Assembly: GCA_043756905.1 (NCBI GenBank)
Contig: JAYUQE010000147.1
Coordinates: 1-40,074 of the forward strand
Direction: 5' to 3'
DNA from: Burkholderiales bacterium
Lineage (GTDB): Bacteria > Pseudomonadota > Gammaproteobacteria > Burkholderiales > Burkholderiaceae_C
DNA: 40,074 nt
Part shown: positions 1 through 9,847 of the stretch, in pieces
Layout: each line of letters begins with the position of its first letter
Position numbering within the stretch: the stretch's first letter is position 1
Position numbers and translations under genes: made by a program
The notes under the pieces: generated by a model
Told to the model about the DNA's origin: nothing
What the model saw: the letters and a program-made list of their open reading frames with translations, nothing else
The model's database searches: none

Positions 1-2
1 CC

Positions 3-1238
3 ATCAAGACGGTTGAAAGCCTGAAGCGCCCAGATGGCACGTTGCACCCGGTGCAGCAAGCCATGGTGGCCTGCCACGGCTCGCAGTGCGGCTTTTGCAC
101 GCCGGGTTTCGTGATGAGCATGGCCGCGTTTGCCGAACACGCCGCGCAGCCCACGCGCGCGCAAGTGAACGACGCGCTGGCCGGCAACCTGTGCCGCTGC
201 ACCGGCTACAAGCCCATCATCGACGCCACGCTGCAAGCCTGCGCCGCACCACTGGCGCAACGCAGCTTGCAAGACGCGAACGAGCTGGCCTTGCTCAAAG
301 AGATTGCGCGGCCCAGGCTGAGCAGCCACAACCTCGAAGGCGAGGTGGTCGTGGCGCCCGTGGTGCGCACGCGCAAGGGCAGCGAATTTGTTTCGCCCGC
401 CACCGCCGCTGAACTGGCCAGTTATCTGGCTGACCACCCCGATGCCTACCTGCTGGCCGGCAGCACCGAATTTGGCTTAGGCGTGAACAAGCGCTTCGAG
501 CGCCCGCCGTTCATCGCCTACATCGGTGGCGTGGCCGAACTCACGCGCGTGAGCACCAGTGCGGCGCAATGGCAAATCGGCGCGGCGGTGACGCTCGACG
601 TGGTGATGGACCTGCTCAAGCCCGAGTTGCCCGACTTTGCTGAAGTGTTGCGCCGCTTCGGCTCGCCTCCCATCCGCGCCACGGCCACGCTGGGGGGCAA
701 CATCGCCAACGGTTCACCCATTGGCGACTCGATGCCCTGCCTGCTGGCCCTGGGCGCCACGCTGCAACTGCGCCGCCGCGGCGCCAGGGGTAGCGATGCC
801 ACACGCAGCGTGGCGTTAGAGGCGTTCTACACCGGGCAGAAGAAGAGTGTTCTGCAAGCCGGCGAGTTCATCGAAACCATCACCGTGCCGCGGCTGCAAG
901 GCCGGCGCTTTGCCGCACACAAGATCAGCAAGCGCTTTGACCAGGACATCTCGGCCACCTGCGCGGCCATGAGTTGGCGTGACGACGGCGGCCGCCTGCG
1001 CGACGTGCGCCTGGCCTACAACGGCCTCACGCCTTCACCGGCGCGCGCGCCCCAGCTCGAAGCGCTGCTTGAAGGCCAGCGGCCGGATGAGATTGACCCC
1101 GCGGCGCTCGACGCCACGATTGCCGCCAGCTTCACCGCTCGCGACGGCCTGCGTGCCACCTGGGCCTACCGCGCGCTGGTGGCGCGCAACCTGATCCTGA
1201 AATTCGTATCGCCGCAACCCCAGACCGAGGAGGCCTGA
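3..1238 (+). CDS. xdhA: xanthine dehydrogenase small subunit (2Fe-2S/FAD), 5'-truncated by window edge
   Basis: Frame open from base 3 (IKTVESL...); GSQCGFCTPG and GNLCRCTGY Fe-S motifs, TLGGNIANGSPIGD and KISKRFDQDISA FAD-domain motifs; immediately upstream of xdhB. Confidence 0.95.
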   Translation: MKTVESLKRPDGTLHPVQQAMVACHGSQCGFCTPGFVMSMAAFAEHAAQPTRAQVNDALAGNLCRCTGYKPIIDATLQACAAPLAQRSLQDANELALLKEIARPRLSSHNLEGEVVVAPVVRTRKGSEFVSPATAAELASYLADHPDAYLLAGSTEFGLGVNKRFERPPFIAYIGGVAELTRVSTSAAQWQIGAAVTLDVVMDLLKPELPDFAEVLRRFGSPPIRATATLGGNIANGSPIGDSMPCLLALGATLQLRRRGARGSDATRSVALEAFYTGQKKSVLQAGEFIETITVPRLQGRRFAAHKISKRFDQDISATCAAMSWRDDGGRLRDVRLAYNGLTPSPARAPQLEALLEGQRPDEIDPAALDATIAASFTARDGLRATWAYRALVARNLILKFVSPQPQTEEA

Positions 1239-1240
1239 TC

Positions 1241-3607
1241 ATGAACGCCCCCACCACCCTGGCTGAATTCACCGCCGTGGCCGCACAAGGCGCACAAGGC
1301 GCCGAGTTGCCGCACGAATCGGCCCACCTGCACGTCACCGGCGAAGCCTGCTACACCGACGACATTCCAGAGTTGCGTGGAACGTTGTACGCCGCGCTGG
1401 TGACCTCGCCCGTGGCGCATGGCGAACTCATGGGCGAAGGCATCGACCGCACCGCGCTGCTGGCCCAACATGGCGTGGTGGCGGTGTTCACGGCGCGCGA
1501 CATTCCCGGTGAAAACAACTGCGGCCCCATCGTCCACGACGACCCGTTCCTGGCCGCCGGCAAGGTGGAGTTTGTGGGCCAGGTGGTGGCGGTGGTGGTG
1601 GCGCGCGAAATGCTCTATGCGCGCGAAGCCGCCAAGCACGCCAAGGTGCTGGTGAAGGAACTGCCCGCGTTGATCACCATCGAGCAGGCACTGGCCGCGC
1701 AAAGTTTCATCATCCCCACCAAGACTTTGGCGCAGGGCAATGCGGCCGCGGCAATAGCCCAGGCGCCGCACCGCCTGCAAGGCAGCACCACCTGCGGCCA
1801 GCAGGAACAGTTCTACATGGAAGGCCAGATCACCTATGCCGTGCCGCGCGAAGACGGCCAGCTCACGCTGTATGTGAGCACCCAGCACCCCGACGGCAAC
1901 CAGCGCGAAGCCGCTGCGGCGCTGAACCTGGGCACGCATGATGTGGAAGTGATCTGCCGGCGCATGGGCGGCGGCTTTGGCGGCAAGGAAGGCAACGCCA
2001 GCATCTTCAGCCAAAGCGCCGCGCTGGCTGCGCATGTGTTGAAAAAGCCGGTGAAGCTGCGTGTTAATCGTGACGACGACATGATGATCACCGGCAAGCG
2101 CCACGACTTTCGCATCGACTACGACGTGGGGTTCGACGCCACCGGCCGCATCCTCGGGCTGGATGTGATGCTGGCTTCGCGCTGCGGCTACAGCGTTGAT
2201 TTTTCCGGCCCGGTGAACGACCGCGCCATGCTGCACATCGACAACTGCTACCACCTGCCCAACCTGAATGTGCTGAGCCACCGCTGCAAGACGCACACCC
2301 AATCGGCCACCGCCTTTCGCGGCTTCGGCGGGCCGCAGGGCATGTTCGGCATCGAAACGGTGATCGAGCTCATCGCCCGCGAACTCAAGCTCGATGCGCT
2401 GGATGTGCGGCGGGTGAACCTGTACCGGCAACCCGCACAAAGCGGCGATGCGGGCTCGATGACGGCGCCGTATGGCCAGGTGATCGAAGACTTCATCGCT
2501 GACAAGGTGCTGGATGAGCTGGAAGCCGAGTCCGGCTATCGCGCCCGCCGTGCGACGGTGGATGCCTTCAACACAAAGAGCCGCACACGCAAACGCGGCC
2601 TCGCCATCACCCCACTGAAGTTCGGCATCAGCTTCACCGCCACCATGCTCAACCAGGGCGGCGCGCTGGTGAACGTGTTTCAAGACGGCACGGTGAGCGT
2701 CAGCCACGGCGGCACCGAAATGGGCCAGGGCCTGAACATCAAGATGGCCCAGGTGGCGGCCGATGGCCTGGGCGTTGCGGTGCAGGCCGTTCGCGTGCTG
2801 GGCACCGACACGCAAAAAGTGCCCAACGCCAGCGCCACCGCCGCCAGCAGCGGGGCCGACATCAACGGCGCGGCCATCAACCATGCTTGCGACCAGTTAC
2901 GTGAACGGTTGGCACCGGTGGCGGCGGGCATGCTTGGCTGCGCAACGCAAGACGTGGTCTTTGCCGGCGGCCATGCGCGTGGTGGCCAGGCTGCCGTGCC
3001 CTGGGCCGATGTGGTGAAGCAGGCCTGGTTGCAGCGCGTGGGCCTGTCCGCCGCGGGCTACTTCCGCACGCCGGAAATTGGCTACGACATGGCCACGCTG
3101 CAAGGCCGCGCGTTCTACTACTTCTGCTACGGCGCGGCACTCAGCGAGGTGGAGATCGACACCCTCACCGGCGAGTGGTGGCTCAAGCGCGTGGACATCG
3201 TGCACGACGTGGGCCGCAGCATCAACCCGGCGATCGACCGCGGCCAGATCGAAGGCGCATTCATCCAGGGCATGGGCTGGCTGACGATGGAGGAGTGCAT
3301 CTGGAACCCAGCGGGCAAGCTGCTCACCCACGGCCCCAGCACCTACAAGATCCCGGTGGCCAGCGACGTGCCCGAAGCCTTCAACGTGCGCCTGTTCAAC
3401 GGTGAGAACATCAAACCCACGCCGTACCGCAGCAAAGCCGTGGGCGAGCCGCCGCTGATGCTGGCGCTGTCAACCTACTTTGCGCTGAAAGACGCGGTCA
3501 GCGCCAGCGCCGGCCATGGCGCGCTGGTGGAGATGGACGCGCCGGCCACGCCCGAGCGCATCTTGCTGGCCTGCGAGAAGACCAAGGCGCGGGCCCGGGC
3601 CCAGTGA
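1241..3607 (+). CDS. xdhB: xanthine dehydrogenase molybdopterin-binding subunit
   Basis: 788 aa; RRMGGGFGGKE, AFRGFGGPQG, GGTEMGQG, SKAVGEPPL motifs. Confidence 0.96.
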   Translation: MNAPTTLAEFTAVAAQGAQGAELPHESAHLHVTGEACYTDDIPELRGTLYAALVTSPVAHGELMGEGIDRTALLAQHGVVAVFTARDIPGENNCGPIVHDDPFLAAGKVEFVGQVVAVVVAREMLYAREAAKHAKVLVKELPALITIEQALAAQSFIIPTKTLAQGNAAAAIAQAPHRLQGSTTCGQQEQFYMEGQITYAVPREDGQLTLYVSTQHPDGNQREAAAALNLGTHDVEVICRRMGGGFGGKEGNASIFSQSAALAAHVLKKPVKLRVNRDDDMMITGKRHDFRIDYDVGFDATGRILGLDVMLASRCGYSVDFSGPVNDRAMLHIDNCYHLPNLNVLSHRCKTHTQSATAFRGFGGPQGMFGIETVIELIARELKLDALDVRRVNLYRQPAQSGDAGSMTAPYGQVIEDFIADKVLDELEAESGYRARRATVDAFNTKSRTRKRGLAITPLKFGISFTATMLNQGGALVNVFQDGTVSVSHGGTEMGQGLNIKMAQVAADGLGVAVQAVRVLGTDTQKVPNASATAASSGADINGAAINHACDQLRERLAPVAAGMLGCATQDVVFAGGHARGGQAAVPWADVVKQAWLQRVGLSAAGYFRTPEIGYDMATLQGRAFYYFCYGAALSEVEIDTLTGEWWLKRVDIVHDVGRSINPAIDRGQIEGAFIQGMGWLTMEECIWNPAGKLLTHGPSTYKIPVASDVPEAFNVRLFNGENIKPTPYRSKAVGEPPLMLALSTYFALKDAVSASAGHGALVEMDAPATPERILLACEKTKARARAQ

Positions 3608-3614
3608 TTAACGG

Positions 3615-4427
3615 ATGACACAAGCCGCCGCGGCGGCGCTGCTGGCGCATCTGGAACACGCTGCGGCGGTGCGCGTCAGCGTGCGCAGCGTGCGGGGTTC
3701 GGGCCCGCGCGAGCCGGGCGCCTGGATGGCCGTGTTGCCTCAAGGCCTGATCGGCAGCGTGGGCGGCGGCCACCTCGAATTCGAAGCCATTGCCCATGCC
3801 CGGCGCTTGCTGGCCGGCGAGCCCCTGGTCGAAGAACTGCGTTTCGCCCTGGGCCCAGCACTGGGCCAATGCTGTGGTGGCGTGGTGGTGTTGGAATTCA
3901 AACGCCTGGGTGCAGCGGACGTTCCCGCCCTGCGCGTTGAGCTGCAAACCACGCTGGCCCGGGCTCTGCCCGTGGCGCTGTTCGGTGGTGGCCATGTCGG
4001 CAAGGCGCTGGTGCAGGTGTTCGCTCATTTGCCCGTGAACGTGAACTGGTTCGACAGCCGCGACGAAATTTTCCCCACCGCGTTGCCCGCCAATGTGCAG
4101 GCCGAGCACAGCGAACCGGTTCACGGGGCGGTGCCTGTTTTGGCGCCGGCATCGAACGTGTTGATCCTGAGCTTCAGCCACGCCGAAGACCTCGACGTGC
4201 TGGCCGCGTGCCTGGCGCGCGTACGTGAGCGTGACGACCTGCCGTTCATCGGCCTGATCGGCAGCGCCAGCAAATGGGCCAGCTTTCGCCACCGCCTTGA
4301 AGCGCGCGGCTTTGGGCCGGCCGACTTCGCGCGCGTCACCAGCCCGATCGGCGTGCCCGGCGTGGCAGGCAAGGAGCCCGAAGTGATTGCGGTGGCGGTG
4401 GCGGCGCAGTTGATGATGCTGCGCTGA
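3615..4427 (+). CDS. xdhC: xanthine dehydrogenase accessory protein XdhC
   Basis: GSGPREPGAWM, LGPALGQCCGG, FGGGHVG, GLIGSASK, GKEPEVIA; operonic with xdhAB. Confidence 0.94.
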   Translation: MTQAAAAALLAHLEHAAAVRVSVRSVRGSGPREPGAWMAVLPQGLIGSVGGGHLEFEAIAHARRLLAGEPLVEELRFALGPALGQCCGGVVVLEFKRLGAADVPALRVELQTTLARALPVALFGGGHVGKALVQVFAHLPVNVNWFDSRDEIFPTALPANVQAEHSEPVHGAVPVLAPASNVLILSFSHAEDLDVLAACLARVRERDDLPFIGLIGSASKWASFRHRLEARGFGPADFARVTSPIGVPGVAGKEPEVIAVAVAAQLMMLR

Positions 4428-4441
4428 GCGCCTGGCGCATT

Positions 4442-6637
4442 TCAACGGGGTTGATACTCCGCCACGCCGAACTGCCACAGCAGGAAGCTCCAGACGTCGG
4501 CCGAGCGTTCCTGTGCCTGCAAGCGCGTGCTGCCCTGGCCATGGCCCGAGTCGTACTCGAGACGCAACAAAACGGGCTTGCCGCTACTGGTGGCCGTGGC
4601 CAGGCGCGACACAAACTTGGCCGAATGCCAGACGTCCACGCGAATGTCGTTGACGCCGTGTACGGCCATCACGGCGGGGTAAGGGGTGCCGTCGCGCAGG
4701 TGGTGGATGCTGCTCATGGCCAGCAAGGCCTTGAACTCCTCTTCATTTTTCACCGTACCGAATTCGGGCACGTTGGCCACGCCATTGGCGCTGGTCTCCA
4801 TGCGCAATGCGTCCATCACACCCACAGCGGGCACCGCCGCGGCAAAGAGATCAGGCCGCTCGGTGATGGCGCGGCCTACCAGAATGCCGCCCGCACTACC
4901 GCCGTAAACGGCCATTCGTTCGCCCTTTGTCCAGCCGTTGGCGACCAGCCATTCGCCCGCAGCGATGGCGTCCTTCCAGGTGTTGGGCTTGGTTGTTTTG
5001 CGCCCTGCGTCGTGCCAAGCCTTGCCGAACACGCCACCACCACGAACATGGGCGGTGGCCCAGATGCCACCCTGGGTGATCCAGGCATACACGCGTGGGC
5101 TGAAGAAGGGATCGTCGGTGGCGCCGTACGCGCCATAGCCGTACAGAATGGTCGGGTTGCTGCCATCGAGCCGGGTGCCTTTGCGCGCGACGATGGACAG
5201 CGGCACCAGTACTCCGTCATGGCTCTTAATCATCACCTCCCGGGCCTCGATATCGCCGGGTGCGTCATACGCGCCGTCCTTGGCCAAAGGCAGCAGTTCA
5301 ACGCTTCGCTTGAGCGGGTCGTAAACGTAGTCCTTGAATGCCCGCGTCCAGGCCACCATGCTGAGTACGGCCCCATCGCGCCAGGGGTTGGTGGACTTGA
5401 TCTCCACACTGCCGGTGAAGGGCAGCGCAATGCGCTGCGCGTCCGATGCGCTGCCGCGCGGCACGCGATACAGCGCGGTGTTCACGCCTTCGCGACGGGT
5501 GAAGTACAGGCCGTCGCGCGCGTGCTCAATGCTGCCGATGGCGCCGTCACCCGCCGGCACAACCACTTCGGCTCGCGCAAGGTCAGGCCGGGCCACGGGT
5601 ATGCGCAACACCTGATAGCGCGGCGCGCCCTTGGCACTCTTCAGGTAGAACCAGCCATCGCCGACCGTGACGCTGGTGACCTGGTCGCTCAAGTCCGCCA
5701 CCTTTCGCCATTGCGCCTGGCCACGCTTGGCCGCAGCCAGGTCGGCCACCAGCAGCATCAGGTTGGGCTCAACCCCCATTGCCACGATGGCCGCGGCGAT
5801 GCGTGACCCCGGCACCTGAAAGATGTGTGGCGATGCGTAGTCGGGCAGCTTGAGCTCCGGGTTGCGGCTTGCGCTCATCACCGGCCGATCAGTGCCAGCG
5901 TGGTCGAGTGCGCGGTAATGGCGCGTGTGGTCGCCAAAGCGTTGCTCGGGCGGCAACTTGTCGAAGTTCTCACGCAGTCGCGAATAGAAGAAGCCGCTGC
6001 CGTCTTCAAGCCAGGCCACTTCGGCATAGCGAATTCGGTCGATGGCCGGTATCAGCGCACGGCCGCTGCTCACGTCGATGACATGCAGGCTGCCGATTTC
6101 GCTGCCGCCGGCCTGCACCGAGTAGGCCAGCTTGCGGCCGTCGCGCGAGGCTGAAAAATCCATCACCGCGCGGGGCTGCGCGTCCGAGGTGGCTGCCTCG
6201 GGGTCAAACACCAGGTGATCAGAACCGTTAGGCCCTTCACGCCAAACCAGTTTGAACTGGTTCTCGCCTGGGTTGCGGCGCAGAAAGAACAAGCGCCCGC
6301 TTGCGCTGCGCAGCACCTGGGTGGTCACGCCACCGGCCGCGGCTTCGATCGCCTTGATGCGATCCAGCATGGCGTTGCGGGCCGGGATCCTGGCCAAGAT
6401 GGCGGTCGTGGCATCAGCTTGCGCGCGCAACCATTGGCTGACCCGTGGGTCAATCACCTTTTCAAGATGGCGGTAAGGGTCGTCAATGGCCACACCCCAA
6501 TGGGTATCGGTCACCGGCTGCGCCGCCAACGGTGGGGGGATCTCTACGCCAGCCACCGTGGCACCCTGTGCGCCGCTACCAAAGATTGCGGCCAGGGTCA
6601 ACGTGGCACAGATCAGCGTCTTGCAGATTCTCGGCAT
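4442..6637 (-). CDS. exported prolyl oligopeptidase family (S9A) serine peptidase
   Basis: Signal peptide; DPYRHLE, YGYGAYG, HVRGGG, GGSAGG (catalytic Ser), NDIRV, SGHG. Confidence 0.93.
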   Translation of the reverse strand: MPRICKTLICATLTLAAIFGSGAQGATVAGVEIPPPLAAQPVTDTHWGVAIDDPYRHLEKVIDPRVSQWLRAQADATTAILARIPARNAMLDRIKAIEAAAGGVTTQVLRSASGRLFFLRRNPGENQFKLVWREGPNGSDHLVFDPEAATSDAQPRAVMDFSASRDGRKLAYSVQAGGSEIGSLHVIDVSSGRALIPAIDRIRYAEVAWLEDGSGFFYSRLRENFDKLPPEQRFGDHTRHYRALDHAGTDRPVMSASRNPELKLPDYASPHIFQVPGSRIAAAIVAMGVEPNLMLLVADLAAAKRGQAQWRKVADLSDQVTSVTVGDGWFYLKSAKGAPRYQVLRIPVARPDLARAEVVVPAGDGAIGSIEHARDGLYFTRREGVNTALYRVPRGSASDAQRIALPFTGSVEIKSTNPWRDGAVLSMVAWTRAFKDYVYDPLKRSVELLPLAKDGAYDAPGDIEAREVMIKSHDGVLVPLSIVARKGTRLDGSNPTILYGYGAYGATDDPFFSPRVYAWITQGGIWATAHVRGGGVFGKAWHDAGRKTTKPNTWKDAIAAGEWLVANGWTKGERMAVYGGSAGGILVGRAITERPDLFAAAVPAVGVMDALRMETSANGVANVPEFGTVKNEEEFKALLAMSSIHHLRDGTPYPAVMAVHGVNDIRVDVWHSAKFVSRLATATSSGKPVLLRLEYDSGHGQGSTRLQAQERSADVWSFLLWQFGVAEYQPR

Positions 6638-6700
6638 CGTCTGTCCTCGGAGTTTGGTGCCAGGGGCAGCCGCTGGCGAAGCTTCAACACATGCGCAGAC

Positions 6701-7120
6701 TCAGGCGGCTGCTTTGGCATAAAGAATCAACTGCGTGCAGCGAAACACGGCAATCGTCTTGCCGGTCTCAAGGTGGCTCACCACCGCGTCCCACACCTGG
6801 GTGGTCTTGCCCAGGTGCAGCGGCGTGGCCACGCAGGTGATGGTGCCGGTGAGTGTGGTGCCCAGATGGTTGGACTTCAGCTCCATGGTGGTGAAGCCCG
6901 TGGCGCCCGGCGGCAGGTTGACCACACAGCCATAACCGGCGCAGGTGTCGGCCAGGGTCACCACCGCGCCGGCATGCAGGTAGCCGTTGGGGGCCATCAC
7001 CTTTTGCGTCACCGCCAGCTCGGCGCACACCTGCGCGGCGCTGATCTGCGTGATGACCAGCCCCAAGTGCCCGGGCAGCTTGCTCGCACCGCGCAGGTTG
7101 AAGTCTTCGGCTGTGAGCAT
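6701..7120 (-). CDS. PaaI family (hotdog) thioesterase
   Basis: NGYLHAGAVVTLADT, TTMELKSNHL, HLGKTTQVWD; probable start ATG 7120 (MLTAEDF) within the longer listed ORF. Confidence 0.88.
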   Translation of the reverse strand: MLTAEDFNLRGASKLPGHLGLVITQISAAQVCAELAVTQKVMAPNGYLHAGAVVTLADTCAGYGCVVNLPPGATGFTTMELKSNHLGTTLTGTITCVATPLHLGKTTQVWDAVVSHLETGKTIAVFRCTQLILYAKAAA

Positions 7121-7218
7121 GGTGGTCGCCCGGCGAGTGCGGGCGCACGCTGCGCCCGGGGCCATCGTAGCGCTGCAACTGTGCAGCGTTGCGCCCCGGC
7201 GCGGCTTGTTCGCCTGTC

Positions 7219-7773
7219 TTACGCCGCCTTCCAGAAGATGTAGTCGGCCTGATAACGAACGATTTCCTTGCGGCCCATGCCAGCCATGTTGCACGGCTGG
7301 CTCGGCGCCACGCCGCCTTGCGTGGCCACACGCTGGATGTGGCTGACGCCGGTCATCATGCCTTGGCCGCTGGCCGGGTTGGCCTTGACCAATTGCAGGG
7401 GAATGCTGCCTGCGGCCGCGGGCGCCACGGCCAACTGCGTGCCGGTGATGGCCGAGCCGTCGCTGGCAGCCCAGGTGGCGGGCGGGCCGAAGTAACGGCC
7501 CAGCGTGCGGCCCTGGCGGTCGACCAGGCTTGCCGCGGGGCCGACGAACACCCACTCGTGCTCGCCCGCTGTGCCGGCCTTGGCGCGGCATTCGTAAGTG
7601 ATCTCGCCGGCGCCCACTGTTTCGAATGCAACCTTGAACCCGGCTGGCACCTGCACCGCGGCGGGCAAACCGGCTTGTGAATAGGACGGGGCGCTGGGTG
7701 CCATGGGCGTGGCGCAGGCGGACAGCAGTGCCACCAGCGCGGTGGCCGTCGGGAGGGTGAGACGCGTTGACAT
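7219..7773 (-). CDS. DUF3455-family lipoprotein
   Basis: LLSAC lipobox; GEITYEC, WVFVGPAASL, GRYFGPPATW, IQRVATQGG, YQADYIFW; ATG 7773 with AGGAG upstream. Confidence 0.82.
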   Translation of the reverse strand: MSTRLTLPTATALVALLSACATPMAPSAPSYSQAGLPAAVQVPAGFKVAFETVGAGEITYECRAKAGTAGEHEWVFVGPAASLVDRQGRTLGRYFGPPATWAASDGSAITGTQLAVAPAAAGSIPLQLVKANPASGQGMMTGVSHIQRVATQGGVAPSQPCNMAGMGRKEIVRYQADYIFWKAA

Positions 7774-7807
7774 GGGCAAGCTCCTGTGATGTGTGTGACA
7801 CGGGTTT

Positions 7808-7843
7808 GAACACCGGGCTTCCAGGCTGTTAGGCCCGGTGTTC
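7808..7843. repeat. 11-bp perfect inverted repeat in the predicted 5' UTR of the DUF3455 gene
   Basis: GAACACCGGGC (7808-7818) ... GCCCGGTGTTC (7833-7843). Confidence 0.7.
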
Positions 7844-7849
7844 TGCAAA

Positions 7850-7874
7850 TACGCACCCGCAAGCGCATCGGATG
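7850..7874 (-). promoter_or_regulatory. putative ECF sigma promoter (CATCC-N16-CGTA) for the DUF3455 gene
   Basis: Minus strand gCATCC-gatgcgcttgcgggtg-CGTAtt; same motif and spacing at 9791-9815 and 11473-11497. Confidence 0.7.
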
Positions 7875-7885
7875 CAAAAGATGCG

Positions 7886-7914
7886 GCCCGCGCGCCACCG
7901 ATTGGCGCGCGGGC
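7886..7914 (-). terminator. probable intrinsic terminator of the DUF4331-lipoprotein operon
   Basis: 12-bp stem GCCCGCGCGCCA/TGGCGCGCGGGC just after the stop at 7922, followed on minus by CGCATCTTTT. Confidence 0.55.
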
Positions 7915-7921
7915 GCCTGCG

Positions 7922-8161
7922 TCAAATCACCGCAATGGGCTCTTCGGTTTCGGAGGTGGGGGGCACCACCATGTCCATGCCCAAGGGCTCGGTGCCTTCT
8001 TCCTGCGCCACGCTGCCTGCCCATTGGCTGAAGGCGGTGGGCGACGCTGTCGCGCTGGACGGCACTTCCCGCTCGCCCGCCACGGGCGTCGAGTCACCGC
8101 CCCCGCAAGCCACCAAGGCGCCTGCCGCCACCAGCGTGCTGATCATCAAAAGGGTTCTCAT
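7922..8161 (-). CDS. small lipoprotein of unknown function
   Basis: LVAC lipobox; 10 bp downstream of the DUF4331 gene with GGAG RBS. Confidence 0.75.
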   Translation of the reverse strand: MRTLLMISTLVAAGALVACGGGDSTPVAGEREVPSSATASPTAFSQWAGSVAQEEGTEPLGMDMVVPPTSETEEPIAVI

Positions 8162-8171
8162 GATGGGCTCC

Positions 8172-9716
8172 TTACTTGCTGCCGGGAAGCGGCGTGTTCA
8201 GGTACGGGAAGGTGGCCAGCAACGGCACCACCGCTTGGTCCACTGCATCATGCAGTTTGAACGCCGTGTCACCCAGCGGCACCGCCGTCGGGTTGCATGC
8301 CGCACCAAAACCCAGCTTGTCGGTGTTGCCGTTGGCCATGCACAGCCCGCCCATCACCGCCACCAGCGAGATGTCGACCACATCGTCCTTCGGCCGGCGG
8401 CCATTCGGGTAACCGGCGTTGTCGTTGCCCATGGCCAGGATGTTGCCGACGATGCCCAGGCGGTTCTGCTGCGCAAACGGCACCGGGGCGATGGCCGTGT
8501 TCAGGCGCAGCATCTCCGAGGGCGTGACCTTTTTCTGTTGGTTCACGCCCTTGATGCCGGTGAGGAAGGTGGTGACCAGGTCGGTGCGCGGGAAGTTGGT
8601 CGGCGCGATGCCTGGCATGGCCAACGCAATTTCCAGCAGGGCCGGCAGGGTGGGGTTCGTCACGTAGTCGGCAAATTGGCCATCGCCGCTGGGCTTGGAG
8701 CCATTGAACTTGTCTTTGTCCTTCAGGCCGATCACCACTTCATTCACCAGGGGCATGCCCAGGCGCGACACCTGCACCCACGCGCCGCCGGCCTTCTCGC
8801 TGGCATGGTGCCCGGCGGCCGGGTTGCCGTTGAGCAAGCGCGCCTGGCGCATGCTGGCGCTGGTCCAGCCGCCGATCACGTCGTCACCACCCTGGGTCAG
8901 GCAGCTCTTGTGCACTTCGAGTGACAGCGTGGTGACGTTCTTGTCGCCGATGGTGTTGGGCACGGCGTTGATCAGCGCCGAGTTGGTGATCACCGCCACC
9001 GGTGCATTCACCAGGTCGAAGATCGTGCCCAGGTTGACGGCAAACGGGTCCTGGCGCTGGCCGACGAACATCCTGGCCGGCATGTTGCAGCCGGGAATGT
9101 TGACGTTGTGGATGTGCTTGGCGGCATAGCCCGCGTAGTCAGGAATCGTCTTCACGCCGATGTTGTCCACCGGCTTGTCGAACGAGGTGCTGCCGTTGCT
9201 GGCGTTCGTCAGCACCTGGGCGCCGCCCTTGCGGCGGTCACCGCGCAGGAGGCTGACGGAATAGGTTTCGTGCAGGTTCAGGTTGGCGTCATTCACGTTC
9301 GCCACCTGGCCGGCCTGGATCAGCGGAATGGCAACCTGCTTGCCGCCGATGTTCAGGCTCACGCCCGCGCCATTGGCCGCCAGGGTGTTCTTGAAGCGGA
9401 ACTGGAAGGTCAGGTCTTCCTTTGCGTCGCCGTCGTTGTCGATGTGAATCTCGTACAGCGCGTTGGCGTCCATCGAGAAGTAGTTCGGGCCGCCGTACGG
9501 GTCTTGCAGTGGGATGTAGTTGGCGATGACCGTCACGTAGTCACTGCGGCCGGGCTCGTAGCTGCGAAACATGTAGAAGTCGGTGGCATCGACCTTGGGC
9601 ACGGTGGTGATGAAGGGCGCCTCGCGGTGGCTGGAGGCCAGTGCGCTGCCGCCGATCAGGCTGCTGGCCAGCAGGGCTGCCGCGGCGACGCGGCTCAATG
9701 GGTAACGAGTGTTCAT
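8172..9716 (-). CDS. DUF4331 domain exported protein
   Basis: Signal peptide then ASSHREAP, DATDFYMF, GQRQDPF, QVSRLGMPLVNE, YPNGRRPKDDVVD; ATG 9716 with AAGGAG RBS. Confidence 0.9.
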   Translation of the reverse strand: MNTRYPLSRVAAAALLASSLIGGSALASSHREAPFITTVPKVDATDFYMFRSYEPGRSDYVTVIANYIPLQDPYGGPNYFSMDANALYEIHIDNDGDAKEDLTFQFRFKNTLAANGAGVSLNIGGKQVAIPLIQAGQVANVNDANLNLHETYSVSLLRGDRRKGGAQVLTNASNGSTSFDKPVDNIGVKTIPDYAGYAAKHIHNVNIPGCNMPARMFVGQRQDPFAVNLGTIFDLVNAPVAVITNSALINAVPNTIGDKNVTTLSLEVHKSCLTQGGDDVIGGWTSASMRQARLLNGNPAAGHHASEKAGGAWVQVSRLGMPLVNEVVIGLKDKDKFNGSKPSGDGQFADYVTNPTLPALLEIALAMPGIAPTNFPRTDLVTTFLTGIKGVNQQKKVTPSEMLRLNTAIAPVPFAQQNRLGIVGNILAMGNDNAGYPNGRRPKDDVVDISLVAVMGGLCMANGNTDKLGFGAACNPTAVPLGDTAFKLHDAVDQAVVPLLATFPYLNTPLPGSK

Positions 9717-9790
9717 GTGATCTCCTTCGAGCTGGGGGTAACGCATTGCTGCGTTGGACTCGATGCCGCAAACCGGCACCTGGGCCCACT

Positions 9791-9815
9791 TACGCAGCCC
9801 AGTCTCGATCGGATG
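9791..9815 (-). promoter_or_regulatory. putative ECF sigma promoter (CATCC-N16-CGTA) for the DUF4331 operon
   Basis: Minus strand tCATCC-gatcgagactgggctg-CGTAag, about 75 nt upstream of the ATG. Confidence 0.7.
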
Positions 9816-9847
9816 AGCAGATTTCAAATCGGCCGCTGCGCCGCCGA

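Noticed and set aside
1166-2884. Long antisense ORFs (also 4451-5806, 13083-14252, 17894-19162, 22967-24355)
   Set aside because: Typical high-GC shadow frames opposite well-supported genes.
6701-7813. 370-aa ORF as a thioesterase fusion
   Set aside because: The upstream part is an off-frame read of the DUF3455 gene; only 6701-7120 looks like PaaI.
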